Source of the DNA: Candidatus Obscuribacteraceae bacterium
Lineage (GTDB): Bacteria > Cyanobacteriota > Vampirovibrionia > Obscuribacterales > Obscuribacteraceae
Direction: 5' to 3'
DNA length: 64,000 nucleotides
NCBI GenBank assembly: GCA_044226015.1
Contig: JBGAHS010000002.1
Coordinates: forward strand, 1,107,435-1,171,434
Below, piece by piece: positions 10,200-20,600 of this stretch (position 1 is the stretch's first letter; each line of letters begins with the position of its first letter). A program made the position numbers and the translations under genes. A model generated the notes under the pieces. That model saw only the letters and a program-made list of their open reading frames with translations, did no database searches and was not told the origin of the DNA.

Positions 10200-10937
10200 T
10201 TACTCTACTTTTGGAGCTGATGGCGCAGTATGAGCATCACCCTTTGTCCCACCAGATTTCTTCGAACCTTCTGAGTAAGAGCCTTTGCCACCACCTCCAG
10301 CACTGCCACCGCCATATTCGCCCCAACTTTCAGAATAGGATCCACCAGTGCCGCCACCGCCACCACCGCCAATACGACCGTTCTTTTCATCGAGCTTAAA
10401 CTTGGGCAAAGAGGATTTCTCAAGGCTGATTATATGCGCAGTATGACCATCTCTGCTAACGCTTGAGATGCCATCTTTAGTGAAGGAGACCTTCGCTCCG
10501 TCATTGAAGGTAACCGTGGTCCTTCCGTCTTTGTCTTTGTCTATCGCCTTCACATTTCCTTTTATAGAATAGGTGCCATCTGGTTCCAGCAGAACCCGGT
10601 CACCTTTTTCGGTGTAAAGTGATTGTCTATCACCCTCAGTAATGAGAGTGTCACCGGTAGCGAGCTTTCGCATGCCGTCGCCAGTGACTATCAAAGCAGA
10701 GCTTTCTAGGCGTTTAGTATTCTTCACTTCATTCATCACATCAAACGCAGAGCGCTTCATGTCTTGATTCTCTGGCGATTGATTTTCTTTTTTATTCTCT
10801 ACAGATCTGGGTTGACGTTGATCCAACTCCCTGTAAAGTTCATCTATCAGCCGCGAACTAGCGCTTTGCGAAGAATCATTTGTAGAGTTTGCATTCTTCG
10901 TGTTTTCGATATCATTCTTTTCAATTTGATCTGCCAT
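10200..10937 (-). CDS. Hypothetical protein, paralog 3 (shared domain plus Gly-rich tail)
   Basis: Start re-called at ATG 10937 (AAGGAG SD); domain DGMRKLATGD...VSRDG. Confidence 0.8.
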   Translation of the reverse strand: MADQIEKNDIENTKNANSTNDSSQSASSRLIDELYRELDQRQPRSVENKKENQSPENQDMKRSAFDVMNEVKNTKRLESSALIVTGDGMRKLATGDTLITEGDRQSLYTEKGDRVLLEPDGTYSIKGNVKAIDKDKDGRTTVTFNDGAKVSFTKDGISSVSRDGHTAHIISLEKSSLPKFKLDEKNGRIGGGGGGGTGGSYSESWGEYGGGSAGGGGKGSYSEGSKKSGGTKGDAHTAPSAPKVE

Positions 10938-11215
10938 GGCTTGCCGCTCCTTCCTTGAGGACTCGCAACATCCTAGAGCGGATATGCGAAGTCTTAGACA
11001 GCCAGCCGTTTCAAACACCGATCTCCAAAATTATGAAAGAAAGAAGCTCTACAATCTATACGCGAGTTCGCAAAATTGATTGCGTAAAAGCGCTAAGTAT
11101 ATTCGCCAGGTAAATTTACTCAGGTATTTCGCCAAGAAAATTCGGAAACAAGTTTCTCTGAAGCCGATTTTCTCTTGCGCCCCATTATCTTGTCCAGGAT
11201 TCGTGCAAAGTCAGG

Positions 11216-12154
11216 TTAGCCTTCGATCAAGAATCTTGCCAATTCGCGATCAATCGGAAAACCACTCCGCATCTGGAATCCTATAAACATAGGTGATGGA
11301 TTGCATTCAAGAAGAACATACTCACCATTACTAAATTTGACGTCAACACCGCTGAAGACCATGCCACATATTGATGCAGCCTTGACGCACATTTCTTTTA
11401 CATGCTCAGGAACGTCGACCACTTTGAGTTCGCCTTCGTTTCCACGATAGTCCAGTGCGTCTGATTCTATTTCAATTGCGCAAAGGCATTTACCGTTTAG
11501 AACCCAGACACGAATATCGGCACCCGCATGCAGTTTTTGAAACAGTACAGGAGCACTGCTCAGCATCTTCAATCTTTCTTTCCCCAGGTCTTCATCTCTC
11601 AAGAGCTTGCAAGATGCACCACCTGCAACAGGCTTGTAGATCACATCGCCATGTTCTTTTTTGAATTCCAGCAATTCTTCTGGATTATTGGTCACTAGCG
11701 TAGCGGGAACTTTGATGCCAGCTCTCATAAGCATCACTAATTGATGAGGCTTCAAGAAATGGAGATGAAAACACTCCACTGGATTCACAACACGTTCAGC
11801 TTGAAACGCAACGGCGCGCATCCATGATCCAAGTAAAGATTGTCGCTCACGTTCGGCTACGTATGCGCTATACCAACTTTTCATGCTGGGCAGAAGTCCC
11901 GCATCAATTTGCTCTTGCAAATCATAAGGAGGTTCGCTGTAATAAACCGTTCTGTTATAAAAGGCATTGATACCATCAAGGTTTTTGCCATTGTAAATCG
12001 GAACTTGATCCCGCAAGCTGAACGAAGTCTTGTCTGGAAAATTCAACGTGTCAATTACAACAGCTTCCGCTCCGAGTTCTTCCACTACAGACTTCATGTG
12101 TTCCGTGTGCTGCTCACCGGCTCCGCCTACAATTCCTACTTTTGAAGACCTCAT
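11216..12154 (-). CDS. RimK-like ATP-grasp ligase, probable graspetide synthetase
   Basis: KPHQL, GIKVPATLVTN, VIYKPVAGG, PVLFQ, DIRV, LDYR, GVDVK and LECNPSPMF motifs; ATG at 12154 after a GGAGG SD. Confidence 0.85.
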   Translation of the reverse strand: MRSSKVGIVGGAGEQHTEHMKSVVEELGAEAVVIDTLNFPDKTSFSLRDQVPIYNGKNLDGINAFYNRTVYYSEPPYDLQEQIDAGLLPSMKSWYSAYVAERERQSLLGSWMRAVAFQAERVVNPVECFHLHFLKPHQLVMLMRAGIKVPATLVTNNPEELLEFKKEHGDVIYKPVAGGASCKLLRDEDLGKERLKMLSSAPVLFQKLHAGADIRVWVLNGKCLCAIEIESDALDYRGNEGELKVVDVPEHVKEMCVKAASICGMVFSGVDVKFSNGEYVLLECNPSPMFIGFQMRSGFPIDRELARFLIEG

Positions 12155-12297
12155 CCAGACCACCCTCCGAAACTTGCCCGACTATATTTTTCCCAATCTG
12201 CTCGAGACTGAAGTCACCAGCCCATATCCGCTACTCAATACTTAACTACACCTGTTGCGAATTCCAATCGACTTCAATCCATCCGTTCAGTTTCTTC

Positions 12298-13476
12298 CTA
12301 TTTTGAATCCAAATAGGGTAAGAGGTTCTTCAATCGCTCAGGCAAGTGGTTTCGCTGATCATCTTTAGGGCTTCCGTTGGGAAGGTCCAGGCGATGCTCC
12401 CATTTACTTGGGGGAAGCTCTCGCTTCTCTATCTTGGGTGATTGCGAGCCGTTTTCCATGAGATCGTGAAGTCGTTTGTTGGATCGCAGGAATTCCACGG
12501 TCTTACCGTTTTTCGAGATGCTCTGAATGCCGCTGGAATCGAAATTGATCTGACTGCCATCAGCAAAAGTCACTTTGCTTGAACCGTCCTTGGCTGTTGA
12601 TACTTCTCTAACATCTCCCTTGACACTGTAGGTTCCGTCCTTGTTTATCGTCAGCTGATTTCCGCTCGGAGTGAAAATAGTTTGGGCACCGTCCTTGGTG
12701 ACGAGATAATCACCTGTAGATAGTTTTTCAACACCATCTTTCAGCGGAGGGAAAACATAGTCGATTCTGTGACTTAAGCGGTCACCGATGCTTCCGGCAC
12801 GATCGTCAAAGCGGCCTTGCTGGTCAGACTCGAATCTTTTACTTGGCGAGGACGAATCCTTGCTGTCAGAACTTTGATCAACCGGCGTCGGCCGAAGTAT
12901 TTTGTCAGACACAGTATCTTCAAAGCGAAGCGGCTTGTCGAGCACCGCAGGACGCGGTTCATGGACCTGCTTAGCTGGCGATTCAGAATTGCGGTCCTCT
13001 TGCTCTGGCTTTCCGGGTCCACAAATTATTACTGAATAGCGTTCTCCTCCTAGAATCGCCTGCCTGCCGTCAGATGAGCTAGCAGGCGTATTGGGATTAC
13101 GCTCGTCCCTATCTTTTGGTCCACAAACAATTAATGGGTCCCCTGCTATCGCCGCTTTCGAGGTGTCAAGCAAGCCAGCCGGCACATTGAGATTCCGCCC
13201 GTCTTTTAGTTTTGCTGAAGACGCGGAATCTCCTGCTACAGGAATTAAACCGGCTCCATACACACCGTTTTCCTTATTAGGAGATGATACCAAAGCCTCC
13301 TTTCCGTTTTGAATCAAGGGATTTGCTAAGCCATAAAGGATTTCTGCATGCCCTTCGGACAAGATCTTGCCTCTCGACCTCTCAGCATTCACTTCGTTCA
13401 TTAGTACATCAACAGCGCCCCCAGAGCTTGAACTGTTCTGTTCAGCGTTGTCGTTTTGTTTTGATCTATCTGTCAT
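12298..13476 (-). CDS. Hypothetical protein, paralog 4 (shared domain)
   Basis: Start re-called at ATG 13476 (GGAGGA SD); domain DGVEKLSTGD...GKTVEF. Confidence 0.8.
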   Translation of the reverse strand: MTDRSKQNDNAEQNSSSSGGAVDVLMNEVNAERSRGKILSEGHAEILYGLANPLIQNGKEALVSSPNKENGVYGAGLIPVAGDSASSAKLKDGRNLNVPAGLLDTSKAAIAGDPLIVCGPKDRDERNPNTPASSSDGRQAILGGERYSVIICGPGKPEQEDRNSESPAKQVHEPRPAVLDKPLRFEDTVSDKILRPTPVDQSSDSKDSSSPSKRFESDQQGRFDDRAGSIGDRLSHRIDYVFPPLKDGVEKLSTGDYLVTKDGAQTIFTPSGNQLTINKDGTYSVKGDVREVSTAKDGSSKVTFADGSQINFDSSGIQSISKNGKTVEFLRSNKRLHDLMENGSQSPKIEKRELPPSKWEHRLDLPNGSPKDDQRNHLPERLKNLLPYLDSK

Positions 13477-13754
13477 GTCCTGGTCCTCCAATCAAACGGA
13501 TACTCGATCCATTATTCTTTTCAAACCAGCCTTGAATCACCCGATTCATGCATAACACATACCTAGAATAGTGCTTGAGAATAAATGCGATAAGTATGTG
13601 CAAACGCGCCGACATAGACAGACCGATTCTGCATTCAATTTGCAAGTTTCCGCAACGACTTGAGTGCGCTTGTTGACGTAGCGGATTTGCTTTCACACTG
13701 CAATCAGGTACCACTCTTTCCTATCAGTATTTTCCTTTTTGTTCATCAGGATTG

Positions 13755-14320
13755 TTCTGCTTTTATCGATTCTCTGATGATCAGTACATCTGCTCTTGCT
13801 GTTCTCGCATAGCCTTCTTGTTTCTTTGCTTTGCTTTGTTCTTATCGATTCTCTGATGATCAGTACATCTGCTCTTGCGGTTTTCGCATCGCCTTCTTGT
13901 TTCTTCACTTTGCTTTGTTCAGCTCTTATCGATTCTCTGATGATAGGTACATCTGCTCTTGCGGTTTTCGCATAGCCTTCTTGTTTCTTTGCTTTGCTTT
14001 GTTCTGCTCGTGTCGATTCTCTGATGATCGGTACATCTGCTCTTGCGGTTTCGCATCGCCTTCTTGTTTCTTTGCTTTGCTTTGTTCAGCTCTTATCGAT
14101 TCTCTGATGATCGGTACATCTGCTCTTGCGGTTTTCGCATAGCCTTCTTGTTTCTTTGCTTTGTTCAGCTCTTATCGATTCTCTGATCATCAGTACATCT
14201 GCTCTTGCGGTTTTCGCATCGCCTTCTTGTTTCTTTGCTTTGCTTTGTTCTGCTCGTGTCGATTCTCTGATGATCGGTACATCTGCTCTTGCGGTTTTCG
14301 CATTGCCTTCTTGTTTCTTC
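13755..14320. repeat. Intergenic tandem repeat, ~7 copies of a 79-84-bp pyrimidine-rich unit
   Basis: TCGATTCTCTGAT recurs at about 13766, 13845, 13929, 14013, 14096, 14175 and 14259. Confidence 0.9.
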
Positions 14321-14372
14321 CTTATTGCAACTTTCAGTCACGTGACTTATCGGAATGTGATGGAACCTTGGA

Positions 14373-14897
14373 ATGGTCAAACTGTCTATGATCTATGTCC
14401 AAAATGATAGTAAAATGGTGCTTGTCGAATTCGAACCGAATCCAAGCAAGATGACACTTCTGTCTGTTATAAAAACCCAACTCAGGCATCAGGAAATAAA
14501 TCTAGTGATGTTTTTGGCTGGTTTGGCGTTGTTCAGGATTCCGCTGCAGCATTATTTTACGCTAGCGCGATACCAGCATTATGGAATTTGTCTGGCCGTA
14601 TGGGCGATGGGATTCGTCTTCCAAGTTATTTGGTCATGGAAGAGCCTCACGAAGCTCGGGCGAGCATCCCTTTTGAGCACCGGAATCTATCTTGCTGCAT
14701 TTGCTCTCGTTTTCTACTACAGTCCCTGGCTTGATACCCGAATGGCTGTTCAAACCGAAGAACAGGATATTCAGCGCATCTGCTATGCAACAATTGGGGC
14801 TCTGTTTGGTGGCTTCACAGTTCTTCTATGGCTCTTCTGGCTGTTCGAGCGCAAAGACTCTGAACGAACACAAACACCAAAGGAGAAAGAAAACTGA
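14373..14897 (+). CDS. Membrane protein with about 4 TM segments; true start may be downstream
   Basis: Four hydrophobic stretches; stop overlaps the next gene start. Confidence 0.65.
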   Translation: MVKLSMIYVQNDSKMVLVEFEPNPSKMTLLSVIKTQLRHQEINLVMFLAGLALFRIPLQHYFTLARYQHYGICLAVWAMGFVFQVIWSWKSLTKLGRASLLSTGIYLAAFALVFYYSPWLDTRMAVQTEEQDIQRICYATIGALFGGFTVLLWLFWLFERKDSERTQTPKEKEN

Positions 14898-15385
14898 AGT
14901 CACTAGTTTTACTTGTAGGAATTCCTGGTTCAGGCAAAAGCACACTGGCGAAACGCTTGATTGATAAGGGCTATGCAGTCCTAAACGCGGATTCAATTCG
15001 GCACGAATTGTGGGGCGACGCTGCTGATCAGAAAGATCAAAGTAAGGTTTTTGAAATCTTCTTTGAGCGCATGAACGCACTTATGGATGCCAATTCCGAC
15101 ATCGTTGTAGATAACATAAACACAAACCCCCGACATAGAAGCGAGATTATCGACCGCGCGAAAGCGAAGGGCTATACCGACATCCAACTTTGGGTTCTGG
15201 ATGTGCCGCTGGAAACTTGCCTGCAACGGAACCGCGACCGCGACCGAACTGTTCCAGAAGATATTGTTAGCAAGATGCACAACACTCTGAACACTACCGG
15301 TCGGCCAAAGAGGCATGAAGGACGAGTGATAATTGTGCGCCCAGGAAAGGAACCGTTTGACTTCAGATTCTTTGCAATGAAGTAG
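14894..15385 (+). CDS. P-loop kinase (AAA_33/polynucleotide-kinase-like), probable CTG start
   Basis: Walker A VGIPGSGKST is in frame upstream of the ORF-track start; also ADSIR, VVDNIN and CLQRNRDR lid. Confidence 0.8.
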   Translation: MKSLVLLVGIPGSGKSTLAKRLIDKGYAVLNADSIRHELWGDAADQKDQSKVFEIFFERMNALMDANSDIVVDNINTNPRHRSEIIDRAKAKGYTDIQLWVLDVPLETCLQRNRDRDRTVPEDIVSKMHNTLNTTGRPKRHEGRVIIVRPGKEPFDFRFFAMK

Positions 15386-15511
15386 ATCGGTGCACTCTTT
15401 CGCTATTCTTTGTTCCGAAAATATTTCTTTGTGGCTGCTTCAAACTTTTTGACTGAGTCCTACATTCGGCTGCGAATGCCCGCCGCTGCCTAATTTTGTG
15501 ACATCTATTGA

Positions 15512-15745
15512 TTAAGCAACTCGACCAAAAAGCATTCTTAATTCGGAAACTGGATCGAGGTCTTCTTCAGCTTCAATCCTTTCATCCGATACGTTACCTG
15601 GAACAGAATCAGGGTCGAACAACTCTAGATCAGGCAATGCTGCGACAGTTCCGAACAGATTCTTGAGCTCTTTAACTTCGCTATCAGCACGACCAGTTAC
15701 GAACTCCATCGAAAACTTTTCTCTAACACTTACTTTGGATGACAT
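15512..15745 (-). CDS. Small acidic hypothetical protein
   Basis: 77-aa ORF with an internally repeated EL(K/R)xLFG motif. Confidence 0.55.
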   Translation of the reverse strand: MSSKVSVREKFSMEFVTGRADSEVKELKNLFGTVAALPDLELFDPDSVPGNVSDERIEAEEDLDPVSELRMLFGRVA

Positions 15746-15809
15746 TTTTGTGAACCCCAGAAAAGCCCCTTCTCATGATTAAAGAATATTCAGGCTAGCT
15801 GACATAAAC

Positions 15810-16775
15810 GTGACCAACTTGGAAAAACCCGAGAAATGTCCAAAAATCATGATGGTTGAGGTTAAATTCCCAGAAACGAGAAAGTTGAATACTTCCGATA
15901 AATTGAAAGCCCCGGCTTGGTTCACCCTAGCCATGGTTGCGGGTGCTATTGAACCGATAGTGGCAAAGTTCGCGTTTCGAGATGGGGCGACAGCGCTGCA
16001 GCTCGTCGTGCTCAAAAACTGTCTTGGCGGGCTGTTTGTTCTAGTTTTCTTGCTCGGCAAACATAAAAATCTGCGAGATTTGAAACTTGTTAGGTCACTT
16101 CTTTTACCAGCATTGCTACTATTCGGAACCAACACGTTAACACTGCTTGCGCTTCAGAGTATTTCGGTCGTTTTGCTAATCACTATCGTCAGTTCTGTTC
16201 CGGCTATAGTGGCGCTGATAAACAGCACGCTGGGCAGAGACAGGCTAGGACTCAGGTTTTGGATAGGCTTCGCGCTTTGCTTCGTGGGAATCATTTTCAC
16301 TCTGGACTTTCGAGATGCTGCGCTGAGCTGGATCGGAGTGGTTTTTGTCTTCCTAGCTGCAATGACATCAAGTATTTACCGTGTCCGGATGGAGATTCTG
16401 TGCGAGGAGTTTGAGCCGAAACTTATTGCAGCCGGCACATTTTTCTTGCAGGGGCTTTTAACACTTACGCTTGTTCCCTTCACCCCACCCCTTTCATGGA
16501 CTACTCTGGGCTTCGGGGCGTGGATAGGAATAATTGCGGCAGTAGCCAATATTGCCTTTGTTGCAGCGCTCAATCTGGTGGGTTCGACGCGGATTTCGGT
16601 GCTGACTATGATTCAACGTCCATTGTTAGTCATCTTTGCCGCGGTAACTCTTCATGAGTCAATCAACGCCATTCAAGGTCTTGGAATTGTGATGACTATG
16701 ATCGGAATTCACCTCGCCCAGGTCAGCCGGACTCAAACCGAACAACGGAGGTTGCCAGCAGGAGGCGAGGCTTAA
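15810..16775 (+). CDS. DMT/EamA family transporter
   Basis: About 10 TM segments in two EamA-like halves. Confidence 0.8.
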   Translation: MTNLEKPEKCPKIMMVEVKFPETRKLNTSDKLKAPAWFTLAMVAGAIEPIVAKFAFRDGATALQLVVLKNCLGGLFVLVFLLGKHKNLRDLKLVRSLLLPALLLFGTNTLTLLALQSISVVLLITIVSSVPAIVALINSTLGRDRLGLRFWIGFALCFVGIIFTLDFRDAALSWIGVVFVFLAAMTSSIYRVRMEILCEEFEPKLIAAGTFFLQGLLTLTLVPFTPPLSWTTLGFGAWIGIIAAVANIAFVAALNLVGSTRISVLTMIQRPLLVIFAAVTLHESINAIQGLGIVMTMIGIHLAQVSRTQTEQRRLPAGGEA

Positions 16776-16795
16776 ACGCCCCTAGATTGGCCGAA

Positions 16796-16877
16796 TTTGA
16801 TCGATATCGACCAAATTCCGTGTTTTGTGAGTCCCGAAACCCGGTAAATTAACCTCATTTGATCGATATCGATCAAA
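16796..16877. repeat. Paired palindrome element (TTTGATCGATATCGATCAAA x2, 62 bp apart)
   Basis: GATATC centres at 16803 and 16865. Confidence 0.9.
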
Positions 16878-16976
16878 TTTCGTGTTTGCAGGTTCCTACG
16901 CACAATAAATTTGACAAGCCAGAAAGGCAAGCATTAATGCTTGCCTGCTAATTCTTGCAACTTTGTGCTGACTAAA

Positions 16977-17231
16977 CTAAATCGAACCAGCGAACGGCAG
17001 AATTCCTAGCGCTCTAGCTCTCTTGATAGCAAGAGTAATGGCACGCTGATTTTTGGCGTTACAGCCGGTAATGCGACGTGGCAATACTTTGCCGTTCTCA
17101 GTAATGAACTTGCGCAGGAGATTCACATCCTTGTAATCGATGTAATCAATTTTGTTAGCAACGATCGGGTCCAACTTTCTTTTGCGTGGACCGTTATCTG
17201 CGTAATCTCTCGATCGTTTTTGGGGTTTCAT
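16977..17231 (-). CDS. rpsR: 30S ribosomal protein S18
   Basis: [26 protein letters not shown] and AIKRAR motifs. Confidence 0.97.
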   Translation of the reverse strand: MKPQKRSRDYADNGPRKRKLDPIVANKIDYIDYKDVNLLRKFITENGKVLPRRITGCNAKNQRAITLAIKRARALGILPFAGSI

Positions 17232-17628
17232 CCCTTATCTCCTTGTGTGACTCAAACACGAGCTCCAGCTAGAAAAGCTGGAATCGGAATCGCAGCCGAT
17301 ATATGGCTGACCGCACTCGCGATATAACCAGGTGGACATTGTAGCAGCAAGAGCCTCACTGCCATTCATGAACTTGAAGCAAAGTTGCAGGTGATCCCAA
17401 TCGATTAGCAAGTTTTTATGGTCTTAGTTTCTTACAAAGACTACCGAAATTAGAACCTCAGAAACGACAGAAAATTGTCATGTGTTGGAGACCCATTCGG
17501 AATTAAGGGTCCAACTCGTATTTTCCGCACTGCGGAATTCCGCACACTCTATTACCATCAATTAATACTTCGGACTGTCCACCGAAAGTGTCCCGCGTTG
17601 TTTTTGTTTCAGGGAGAAACAGCCAATA

Positions 17629-20600
17629 ATGGGTGGAGACAAACTTACCAGCAAGCCAACAGACCAAGCGCCTTTGCCAGAGCAGGGCTCAAAACTGAGT
17701 CTTCACTTTGATGCATCTGGTGCTCCCCAAACGCGCTCAGCCGAAACCAGTACTGAAAAGAGTCCTTTCAAAACCATCGATAAACAGGGCGACAACTCGA
17801 ACTCAACAAATCAGATTGAATCGTATTTAGCTCTGCAAGAAAGAGCTCGCGCACCATACGAGGTTCCAAAAAACCTTCAGGAAGGTCAGAAAAACATTGC
17901 TCGGGATAGAGAAGCCACAAACACAGCTGGAATCCCGAAAGAACGCACAATTACTACTCAAACCGGCGAACAGATTAAAGGCATCAAAGTTGTTGATGAC
18001 GTAACGAAGGAACACCGCTTCATAGCGGCCGATAAAGACGGCAAGTTTAACCAGTATCAAATTCAAGAGAATGGCAAAAAACTGCAGCCGCTCGATACAT
18101 CCGGCAAACCAGTAGGCGATGCAATTATGACCAACAAAGCAAAGCCTATGGAAGGTTCACGCAATACAGCAGAAGAAGCGGCTAAAGCCATGGATGGCAA
18201 TGGCAAGCGTCATGAGTTACCCGAGTGGGCAAGCAAACGAGATGGCGAAAAGGGGCGCGGCGAGAACAAGGAATCCGCTGACAAAGGCAATTCAACTGCG
18301 AAATCGCAAGACGGACTAAAGACAGATCCAGCAAAATCTGATGCGCCAAAAATAGATTCACCTAAAGGCGAAAACAAAACAAATCCAGACTCCACCTCAA
18401 CCGAAAATCCGAAGCCTAGACAAGAGTGGAACCGAGACAAAGATGGCGATGGCAAGCCCGATAGCCGCCCTATTCGCGACCGTGATGGCGATGGCAAACC
18501 AGACTTTCGCCCTATCCGCGACCGCGATGGCGATGGAAAACCAGATTTCCGCCCCGGGAAAGACCGCGATGGCGAAAACAAGCTCGACGCAAGCAAGAAA
18601 GATGCAGGTAACAAGGACGCGCCTAAAGATCAAAGCAAAGACAATCCAAAACCTGATTCAACAGATCCGCGCGGAACTCGCGGAGAGATCGACAATACGC
18701 GCTTTGGTAAACCAATTCAGCCAGACGCAGGCGAAAAACCAGGACAGTTCCAACAACCAAAGCAAGCACAGGATTGGCAGAAGCCAGACCTGGGAAATCG
18801 TCCCAACCGAAATGAATTCAACAATCAAACTAATCCGCAAAAACCAGATGGTCCAATTCCAGCTTCAAATAGGAATTTCGAAAATTCAAATTCGCGAGCG
18901 GACGGAAGACCTGAGAATCCTAACCTGAGACCAGACGGAAGACCCGATTTCAACGGACGCCCTGACAGAGGCGACTTGCAGAATAGAGATTTTCCCGGAC
19001 GACGTGATTTTTCTGGACGTGATGACGTGCCAGGGCGCAGAGAACTTGGAGCACGCGAAGACCTAGCAGGAAAGTTTGACCTGAAAGGACGAGTCGATAT
19101 GAACTCCCGCACCGATTTTGCTGCCGCGCGTACTGAATTGGCAAATTTGAATGGCGCCAAAGGAGAGCCCAATCTTCGAGCTGGACGAGATATCCCTGGT
19201 GATCTACGAGCAGATGGCGGAATGCGAGCCCTAGACAGAGCTCTAACAGCGGACATTATGAGCCGAAGCAACGGACATGACCTTTCCGGACGCGACCTTA
19301 TCGGTCGCGAACTGGCAGGTAAAGACTTTGCAGGGCGAGGGCTGGACGGTAGATCTTTGAGTCAGATACTTGATGGTCAGAGACTCAGTTTAAAAGACAA
19401 CACGATGCAGACATTCAGGTCTAATGCCGATCTGCTCACGAATTTGAACCGAAGCCTGGGCGGATCCCAGCTGGACTCCCTTTCAAAACCGGGCGGACGT
19501 TCCGGAATTGATGGAGAGCACGCGGGACTCAGCGCAAGAGGACTTGACGGGAAGCTCGCCGACGGCAGACTTTCAGAAAGCAAACTGGACGCTAAAGAAC
19601 TTGGTAAATCAAGCAGTATGCTTCAAAACGCTATGTCCGAATTGAGCGGAAAAATGCTCGCCACCAAGCTACTCGATATGACGCAAAAACTTGAAATCGG
19701 CAAAATACCGAATCAGGAGCAAACAAACAACGCCATCCGTGAGATGTCCAGGATTCAACGAAACGAAATGGGTACAGCCCAGGACCTTCTCTCTTCTATC
19801 CAGAAAAATCTTTCGCAAAAGAACAACGAGATTGCTTCAAATTCGAATAACAATAACAGCTTTATCGCAAAGAACCTGGAAATTGGTCAGCAACAAGCAT
19901 TGCGCAGCCGCGAACAGGAAAATAATAAGGAACAGAAAACGGAAACCATCACAAAGAACGTTGACAGCATCGCTAATAAATCCCAACAAAACCAACAGAA
20001 TCAAATTCTGACCGCGAAAAATGCTGAGTCTACGAGCCAAAGCCAGACGCAGAAACAAGAACAAACCAGAACTGGTCGCGATGCTGAAGAGCAAACGAAT
20101 CAAAACGCAAAGAACTTCCAAGCAAATCAGAACCTGGTTCAAGCCGAGAAGACTCAAGACAGCAAGCAAGATTCAATTACAAACAAAAACCAAGATAACA
20201 AGCTAGATGACAAAAAACATCTCGAGGACGACAAGAAAACGAAGCAAGACCTTCGAGACGACAGCAAGCAAGACCAGATGGCTGGACTGATTGCAGCAGC
20301 AAAGCTGAAAGAACTAAAAGACAAAGAAAAAGGTAAAGAAAAGGAAGACATAAAAGACAAGAGCAAGCAAGATCCCAAACAAAAAACTCGCTTGAAATAT
20401 CGGGTGAAGAAAAACGATACTCTGGCGCTGATAGCCGAGAAGTTCCTAGGCAATTCGGCACATGCCGCATCCATTTTCCATATCAACAGAACACTCATTC
20501 CAGTCACCACCTATAGTGGCAAGTCCTTCGCTAACCCGCAAGTTGACTCGATGATCTGGATTCCAACAGACGATGATATCGAAATATTCAAGAACTCAGG

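Noticed and set aside
11216..12154. Calling the ATP-grasp gene rimK
   Set aside because: The neighbouring leader-plus-core precursor and the DYR motif favour a graspetide synthetase; symbol withheld pending phylogeny.
13755..14320. Possible CRISPR array
   Set aside because: Whole units repeat with no unique spacers, and there are no cas genes in the window. The same applies to the arrays at 31.0, 33.3 and 42.3 kb.
13693..14407. Short ORFs within the tandem repeat
   Set aside because: They arise from the repeat; unit lengths shift frame and there is no convincing SD.
16977..17231. Zinc-free S18 as a zinc-starvation paralog
   Set aside because: S18 without the zinc-binding cysteine set is normal in cyanobacteria-related lineages, and no Zur box or second copy is visible.
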